A DNA stretch of 64,000 bases, from positions 1 through 64,000 of IMG/VR virus record IMGVR_UViG_3300021963_000069; one strand, written 5' to 3'. Position numbers and translations under genes: made by a program. The stretch comes from a virus. This document shows positions 59,603 through 64,000 of the stretch, in pieces; the first letter of the stretch is position 1, and the number at the start of each line of letters is the position of its first letter. The notes under the pieces are model-generated. The model saw only the letters and a list, made by a program, of their open reading frames with translations. It was not told the origin of the DNA and did not search any database.

Positions 59603-59776
59603 TCAATCATCTCTTTCTGAAATCACAATTTCATCACCTTCGAGTCTTATTTTGATTTCGGTATCTTCATACCAAGAGAGATCATTCATAATTTGTTCGG
59701 GAACGATTATAAAGTATTTTCCTGTAATTGGATCGACCTGTATGGAGTCAAAAATTTCTCCGGAATTTTTTTTCAT
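59603..59776 (-). CDS. AbrB/SpoVT-like small DNA-binding protein, 57 aa
   Basis: Hand translation ...GKYFIIVPEQIMNDLSWYEDTEIKIRLEGDEIVIS fits the swapped-hairpin pattern IP..I...L.W..G..I. Confidence 0.6.
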   Translation of the reverse strand: MKKNSGEIFDSIQVDPITGKYFIIVPEQIMNDLSWYEDTEIKIRLEGDEIVISERDD

Positions 59777-59959
59777 GTCTTTGTATTTTGTGCTACCTTT
59801 TATGAATTATATAGTACTGAAAAATTTTTTAAGTGAGATCGGTATTTATAGGTCGATCTGGGTCGTTTATAGCTTATACGGTCCCTATAAAATATAAACA
59901 ACCCCCCCGGACCCCTGTCTATACACGAACGAACATAAGTGCGCCCACACGCATATACG

Positions 59960-59985
59960 AAAAGGGAGAGGATTGCGCCTCTCCC
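59960..59985 (-). terminator. Intrinsic terminator after the DUF6011-like gene
   Basis: gggagagg/cctctccc stem followed by TTTT on the minus strand. Confidence 0.65.
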
Positions 59986-59993
59986 AGTATATC

Positions 59994-60734
59994 CTACCAC
60001 CCGAACTTGGTCGCGCAGATAGGACCAATCCCCCGCTCAATACTGCGCGGATCGGTTAACTCCCGCCCGCAACATGAGCACTCCCCGCTAACCTTACCGT
60101 AGCGTATTGCTGCGCTAAGGGGATCATTGGCGGCGCCCATTATGATCTCTTTAACTGTATCCGACAGGCGCGAATCGCAGCCCTGAGGTGTAACTTTCCC
60201 CAGGTACTTTGGTTTCATCCCATAATCGCCCTGTTCAAATTCGGTTTGAGATGTAACCCAAAGTGCGCTAAGATCGCGGTTTGGCTTAACATTAACACCC
60301 TCGAATCGTAGAGTTAGGCGCTTGGCGCCCTTAGACTTTGCTGCCTCGAAGGCATTAAACAGTGCCTCAAATTGCGAGGGTTCGTTAGATTTAACCGGCG
60401 CAACCTTAACATTATCAATCGCCAATTTATGCGCCCAAGCGTATTGTGACGCAGACAGTTTGTTAAATTTTTGCGCAAGATTCTGCGCAAAGTTAGAGCG
60501 CATCCCGCGCAGAGTTTCTAACACTTTCGCATCGCTAAGTGTAGAGGTGAAATTGATAGTTTCCCCCCGCGCAGTTACAGTAAAGTTCTGCGCGGCAACC
60601 GGTTCAGAGTTGGCAAGGTCAAACTCTAGGTTTGCCGCTGCCTGCGGATTTGTGCCATGTAGTCCGCGCAGAACCCGCTCCAGTAGGGCGTCAGTCTCAT
60701 TGTGGCGGGCAGCGGTGGCGGTGGTGGTGGTCAT
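59994..60734 (-). CDS. Early protein with a C-terminal DUF6011-like zinc finger
   Basis: CSCCGRELTDPRSIERGIGPIC. Promoter TTGCGG-N17-TACAAT upstream. Confidence 0.75.
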   Translation of the reverse strand: MTTTTATAARHNETDALLERVLRGLHGTNPQAAANLEFDLANSEPVAAQNFTVTARGETINFTSTLSDAKVLETLRGMRSNFAQNLAQKFNKLSASQYAWAHKLAIDNVKVAPVKSNEPSQFEALFNAFEAAKSKGAKRLTLRFEGVNVKPNRDLSALWVTSQTEFEQGDYGMKPKYLGKVTPQGCDSRLSDTVKEIIMGAANDPLSAAIRYGKVSGECSCCGRELTDPRSIERGIGPICATKFGW

Positions 60735-60959
60735 GGGGAAACCTTACGGGACCCCTAAATTGTACCACCTAGGGCGCCCAACCGCAAGCAATCTGGAAAA
60801 GTATAGCTAACTCTACGCAAGTTTAATATATTATTATTGCTTGGCAGGATGGGTGACCTGGTTTGTATCATCACGCCGCCCGCGTTCGTTTGATTGTCCC
60901 CATACTGTAGCACCGGGATGGGGGATCCCGCGACCCCCCTTGTGGAACTTAACAGATCG

Positions 60960-61160
60960 TCACACGGCGGTCCGCGCCGCAAGGCAAGCGCCCCAGAATC
61001 CAACCCAGGACTCGCCCTCCTGGCGCTCTAGAGTGCCCCAAGCGGCGCGGGCAGCGGCACGGCGACGGGCGCGGGGCATGGTGGCACTGGGGCACTGGCG
61101 CAGGGTGTGAAAGTCTGCCACGGCGGCAGCGGAGGCGGAGGCGGGGAAGTGGAAGATCAC
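60960..61160 (-). CDS. Small early hypothetical protein
   Basis: GTG start behind a TAGAAT -10 (61191-61186). Its leader resembles those of neighbouring early genes. Confidence 0.55.
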   Translation of the reverse strand: MIFHFPASASAAAVADFHTLRQCPSATMPRARRRAAARAAWGTLERQEGESWVGFWGACLAARTAV

Positions 61161-61261
61161 GGGTCGCGGTGCAGTTGACTCTTAAATTCTAGGAGCGGCG
61201 GATCCCCACCGTGGATCGAAACCAGAAAAAACCCATCAGCGATCCTAATGTATCAAACCGT

Positions 61262-61373
61262 TAAAATGCTTGACATGGGCCCCGGATTCCAGTAGAATTC
61301 TAGAGTACCGCACCTGCCTTGAAATAGTTGGATATAAAGAAAGAAAAAAAGCGTTAAGTATAACTTAACGCTT
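61262..61373 (+). repeat. Repeat unit copy 1: sigma70 promoter, CCTGCC element and TAAGTATAACTTA hairpin
   Basis: The first 38 nt are 36/38 identical to 63754-63791. TTGACA-N17-TAGAAT. Confidence 0.85.
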
Positions 61374-61378
61374 CGCAG

Positions 61379-61546
61379 TTAGATATGCGCTTTGCGCCAT
61401 TCCTCAGGTAATTGTTTATATTTTTCCCTGAAATATGCCGCGATCTCAACTGCACTTGAGACGCCAACATAGGCGCCTGCCCTATACATCGCCCACTCAA
61501 TCTGGCGGGTTTCGATGTTAACAGCGGGAGAGAAAGTTCTTGCCAT
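61379..61546 (-). CDS. Small hypothetical protein, 55 aa (MARTFSPAVNIETRQIEWAM...)
   Basis: Hand-translated. Flanked by the same intergenic elements as its neighbours. Confidence 0.6.
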   Translation of the reverse strand: MARTFSPAVNIETRQIEWAMYRAGAYVGVSSAVEIAAYFREKYKQLPEEWRKAHI

Positions 61547-61618
61547 AAACTATAAAGAAAGAAAGAAATGGGAAAGTGTAAAGAATGGGGGGATGATTGG
61601 TCCCCCCTTAAGTATAAC

Positions 61619-61855
61619 TTAGTGTGCCAGATAATCCTCCCAAAATTCAGCACCAAACTCTAGAGAATTGACCAGGTTGTCATAAATTACCTGCCCGTTT
61701 TCGGTCAGGGAATCATACCCATTCCACGCCATTCCGGGGCGGAAATAGTTACTGATACGTGACAACTTAGCGTAGAGTTCACTACACTGCCCGCCGTGAT
61801 AATCGGCGCAGAAAGCATAATGGGCGGATACTATGTCGAATCGGTCGAAATACAT
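61619..61855 (-). CDS. Small hypothetical protein (MYFDRFDIVSAHY...YHGGQ.S.LY)
   Basis: ORF-track ORF flanked by the repeated intergenic module. Confidence 0.7.
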   Translation of the reverse strand: MYFDRFDIVSAHYAFCADYHGGQCSELYAKLSRISNYFRPGMAWNGYDSLTENGQVIYDNLVNSLEFGAEFWEDYLAH

Positions 61856-61920
61856 GAGTCTAGAAAGTGTAGAGGAAAGTGTAAAGAATTGGAGGGGGAT
61901 TGCTCCCCCTTAAGTGTAAT

Positions 61921-62232
61921 CTAGACGCAATATCTCCCAACTACGATACGCTCACAGGATTCAATTATCTTAACTACAATCCCGCTGAAAAACGTTTCAT
62001 TCAATATACCTTGCCATCCGTCGCGCAAAATATCACCCTCGGTGCGCATAAAGTCTGCCAGAGTGTACACTTGCCCCCGATAGTTGAAGAACATCGCATA
62101 GGCATAGTCGAAATCTTGATCTTCCATCCAATCATACTCGGCGCGGAGTTTAGTATACTGGGCGCTGGAAAGTTGGAACGCGCTGATGAGATCGCGGGGA
62201 ACGTTGTTAGTCTTGACGGTGATAGTGGACAT
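61921..62232 (-). CDS. Small early hypothetical protein (MSTITVKTNNVPR...)
   Basis: Start moved to the ATG at 62232, downstream of TTGCGG-N17-TATTGT. Confidence 0.7.
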   Translation of the reverse strand: MSTITVKTNNVPRDLISAFQLSSAQYTKLRAEYDWMEDQDFDYAYAMFFNYRGQVYTLADFMRTEGDILRDGWQGILNETFFSGIVVKIIESCERIVVGRYCV

Positions 62233-62684
62233 GTCAGCGGTGCGTTTGACTTCATCACAATAAACCCTAGGACCGGATCCCGCAACCCCTAAACTGTAGC
62301 GTCCTGATACCAAAATCGAAACTCGTTTGATCAGCAACGCTAATGGTTCGAGACTCGCGGTTGGGCAGCAGACCGACTAGACTATGGGAACAACAGAAGA
62401 GGGAGCGCAGAGAGCGCGATGATACAAATCTAGTAACTCACCCTGCCATGGTATAATCTCGTAAAATATAAAGAATAAAGAATCAATTAAATGTAAAAAT
62501 ATAAAGAATAACAAATCGAATCATTCTTTATATCTTTATACTTAGTTAAATGTAATTTTATACTTAGTTAAATGTAAAGATATAAAGAATTAGACAGGAC
62601 TGAATGTAAAGAATAAACCACACCACTGACAATAAATTACATTCAATCCTGAGTAGTTCCTTATATCTTTAGATCTTTAGATCT

Positions 62685-62816
62685 TTATACCAACCTCGCA
62701 GGACTTCCGCAAGAGATATAAAACTCTACCATACGTTTTGCCTCTTCTAACGTATTAAATGATTGTCTGCGCCATTCACAATCGCCATACGGAATCTGAT
62801 AAGTTACAATAAACAT
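62685..62816 (-). CDS. Small cyanophage protein, 43 aa (MFIVTYQIPYGDCEWRRQSF...FYISCGSPA)
   Basis: Hand-translated; protein-like composition. Confidence 0.65.
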   Translation of the reverse strand: MFIVTYQIPYGDCEWRRQSFNTLEEAKRMVEFYISCGSPARLV

Positions 62817-62828
62817 GATGATGTAATG

Positions 62829-62944
62829 CGTGTCGAGATGATGTAATGAATGTGTGTCGAGATGTATGATATGTTATGATATGATACATCTCACGAGATG
62901 TGTATGTAATCTCGACGAGATTTGTGTATATTCTCGTCGAGATT
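62829..62944. repeat. Cluster of TCTCG(A/T)CGAGA palindromes and half-sites
   Basis: gtgtcgagatg x2, atctcacgagat, atctcgacgagat and ttctcgtcgagat. Confidence 0.75.
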
Positions 62945-62957
62945 TGTATCTTTATAT

Positions 62958-63263
62958 CTACTTTGCTGCCGCCCAGTTCATCACTTCCAGCATCTCTTCA
63001 GTTGTTACCCAACCCCTAACTTGATCACAATCGGGACAACCAGGGAATCCAGTTACAAACTCACCATCAGGGGCGATGACGGCAATCTCAGCATCAGGAG
63101 AATTGTGATCGCTCCACACTTTAACAGTGTCACCAACTTCTAGATCGGAAAACCTGTTTTCAAACCTGTTTTCACAGTAGTTACCAGCGCCAAACATAAC
63201 GCTGACGGTGAAACCGTTCGGGAAAGTTGTTTGGAATCCCTTTTGAGCGAAAGTCTTAAACAT
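62958..63263 (-). CDS. Small early hypothetical protein
   Basis: GF..TF.NGFTVSV.FG.GNYC...AEIAV...V.GW.T pattern common in phage early genes. Confidence 0.75.
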   Translation of the reverse strand: MFKTFAQKGFQTTFPNGFTVSVMFGAGNYCENRFENRFSDLEVGDTVKVWSDHNSPDAEIAVIAPDGEFVTGFPGCPDCDQVRGWVTTEEMLEVMNWAAAK

Positions 63264-63344
63264 GGTCGGGTCCGGCGGTTGACTTGTTAAGTATAGGAGA
63301 TGGATGGGGGGTCGCGGGACCCCCCGGTGACACTTAACAGATTG

Positions 63345-63641
63345 TCACACCTCCACCGATTCGATGTCACCGTGGCGCCGAGCATGGGCGATCAGCGACC
63401 CCCAGGAGACGCTGGAACGTGCTTCCGGGTCCCCCAGAAGGTCAAACCACTTAGCAGCGGTCGCATCGTCTTCGACGGCGAACCTGTATACCTTGGGACT
63501 GGTGCGCCACTGGATCAGCGCATCATAAGCGTCGGTGCCATCAGCAGCAGGGACCAGTTCCAGCATCTTGATGGCGCCGGACTCTTCAGGGGTGAAGACC
63601 CAGGAGACTTTCAGGGAGTGGGCGGTGAGCGTTGCGGGCAT
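63345..63641 (-). CDS. KTSC-like small early protein
   Basis: ESGAI..LE...I.W..S.KVYRF.V...W..LL...SWG.LI resembles the KTSC domain. ATG at 63641. Confidence 0.5.
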   Translation of the reverse strand: MPATLTAHSLKVSWVFTPEESGAIKMLELVPAADGTDAYDALIQWRTSPKVYRFAVEDDATAAKWFDLLGDPEARSSVSWGSLIAHARRHGDIESVEV

Positions 63642-63700
63642 GGTCGGTTTTGTTTGGAACTCCCATATCCTAGACCATTGGGAACCCATCCGGACGGTCC

Positions 63701-63733
63701 AAACCTGAAGAAAACCTGAAGAAAACCTGAAGA
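63701..63733. repeat. Three exact 11-bp tandem repeats (AAACCTGAAGA) between divergent promoters
   Basis: Units start at 63701, 63712 and 63723. Confidence 0.9.
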
Positions 63734-63753
63734 AACCAATTGTTAAGAGTTGC

Positions 63754-63873
63754 TAAAATGCTTGACAGGGGCCCCGGATTCCAGTAGACTTGATCCGTAC
63801 CCACCCTGCCCTGAAATAGTTAGATATAAAAAAATATAAAAAAAGAAGGGCACTAAGTATAACTTAGCACCCT
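63754..63873 (+). repeat. Repeat unit copy 2: sigma70 promoter, CCTGCC element and TAAGTATAACTTA hairpin
   Basis: TTGACA-N17-TAGACT. Matches 61262-61373. Confidence 0.85.
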
Positions 63874-63891
63874 TGAGTTTGCTATACTAAC

Positions 63892-64000
63892 TCAGGCAAG
63901 TCTCATACCAGAGAAGAAAGGAATCACACCGTTGCCGGCATAATTTAAGAACCACTTAAAGTTCTTTTGGAATACACCTTCGCCAGGCAATCCGTGAGCG
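63892..64000 (-). CDS. 3' end of a small hypothetical gene (...HGLPGEGVFQKNFKWF...FFSGMRLA)
   Basis: Open frame from the window edge to the TGA at 63894-63892, followed by a terminator-like hairpin. Confidence 0.6.
   Translation of the reverse strand, partial: AHGLPGEGVFQKNFKWFLNYAGNGVIPFFSGMRLA

Noticed and set aside
60755-61003. 82-aa minus-strand ORF
   Set aside because: It runs through promoter elements, and the homologous element copy at 62418 has an immediate stop, so the conservation is non-coding.
61354-61656. 100-aa minus-strand ORF
   Set aside because: It overlaps a neighbouring gene and intergenic repeats. The 55-aa ORF at 61379-61546 fits the cassette structure better.
62296-62310. 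GTA...TAC resembling an NtcA box
   Set aside because: The spacer is 9 nt (GTA-N9-TAC), not the required 8.
62534-62577. TTAGTTAAAT resembling a XerD arm of dif
   Set aside because: There is no XerC arm at the right spacing, and the match is short and AT-rich.
61262-63873. Repeats as a CRISPR array or tRNA genes (CCTGCCA looks like a CCA end)
   Set aside because: There is no regular repeat-spacer period and no cas gene. There is no cloverleaf or TTCGA arm, and two copies lack the CCA.

Overview
This is a 64 kb piece of a T4-like cyanophage (cyanomyovirus) genome. Essentially all genes are on the minus strand. Reading right to left in the direction of transcription, it starts with a GC-richer array of small early-type genes with their own promoters (about 59.9-64 kb). 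Next come an AbrB-like gene, a glycosyltransferase-like gene and speD. Then follow baseplate genes g25-g6-g7-g8, a VrlC-like structural gene, an unannotated NblA-like gene, and g13-g14-g15-g16. After three accessory virion genes come g17-g18-g19-g20-g21-g22-g23-g3, then uvsY, uvsW, g55, g47, g46, a CobT/vWA plus CobS/MoxR pair, g45 and a denV-like gene. Three free-standing HNH homing endonuclease genes (HEGs) sit in the left 7.4 kb. Main observations: (1) All three HEGs have a late promoter (TATAAATA) inside an RNA hairpin that occludes the region just upstream of their start. Two carry replacement early promoters in their 3' ends, and one has split the 5' end of the denV-like gene, which now seems to start at ATC. 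(2) A repeated non-coding element with a CCTGCC core lies behind four sigma70-type promoters in the early region, three of them in divergent promoter pairs flanking host-regulator-like boxes. It is a candidate sRNA family or a set of R-loop origins. (3) A 56-aa NblA-like ORF is hidden in the baseplate module. (4) A protein with an MKTFKEF capsid-targeting-like N-terminus is fused to an RlpA-like domain. (5) g15 appears to start at ACG. All assignments come from motif recognition and synteny by eye; no searches were run.
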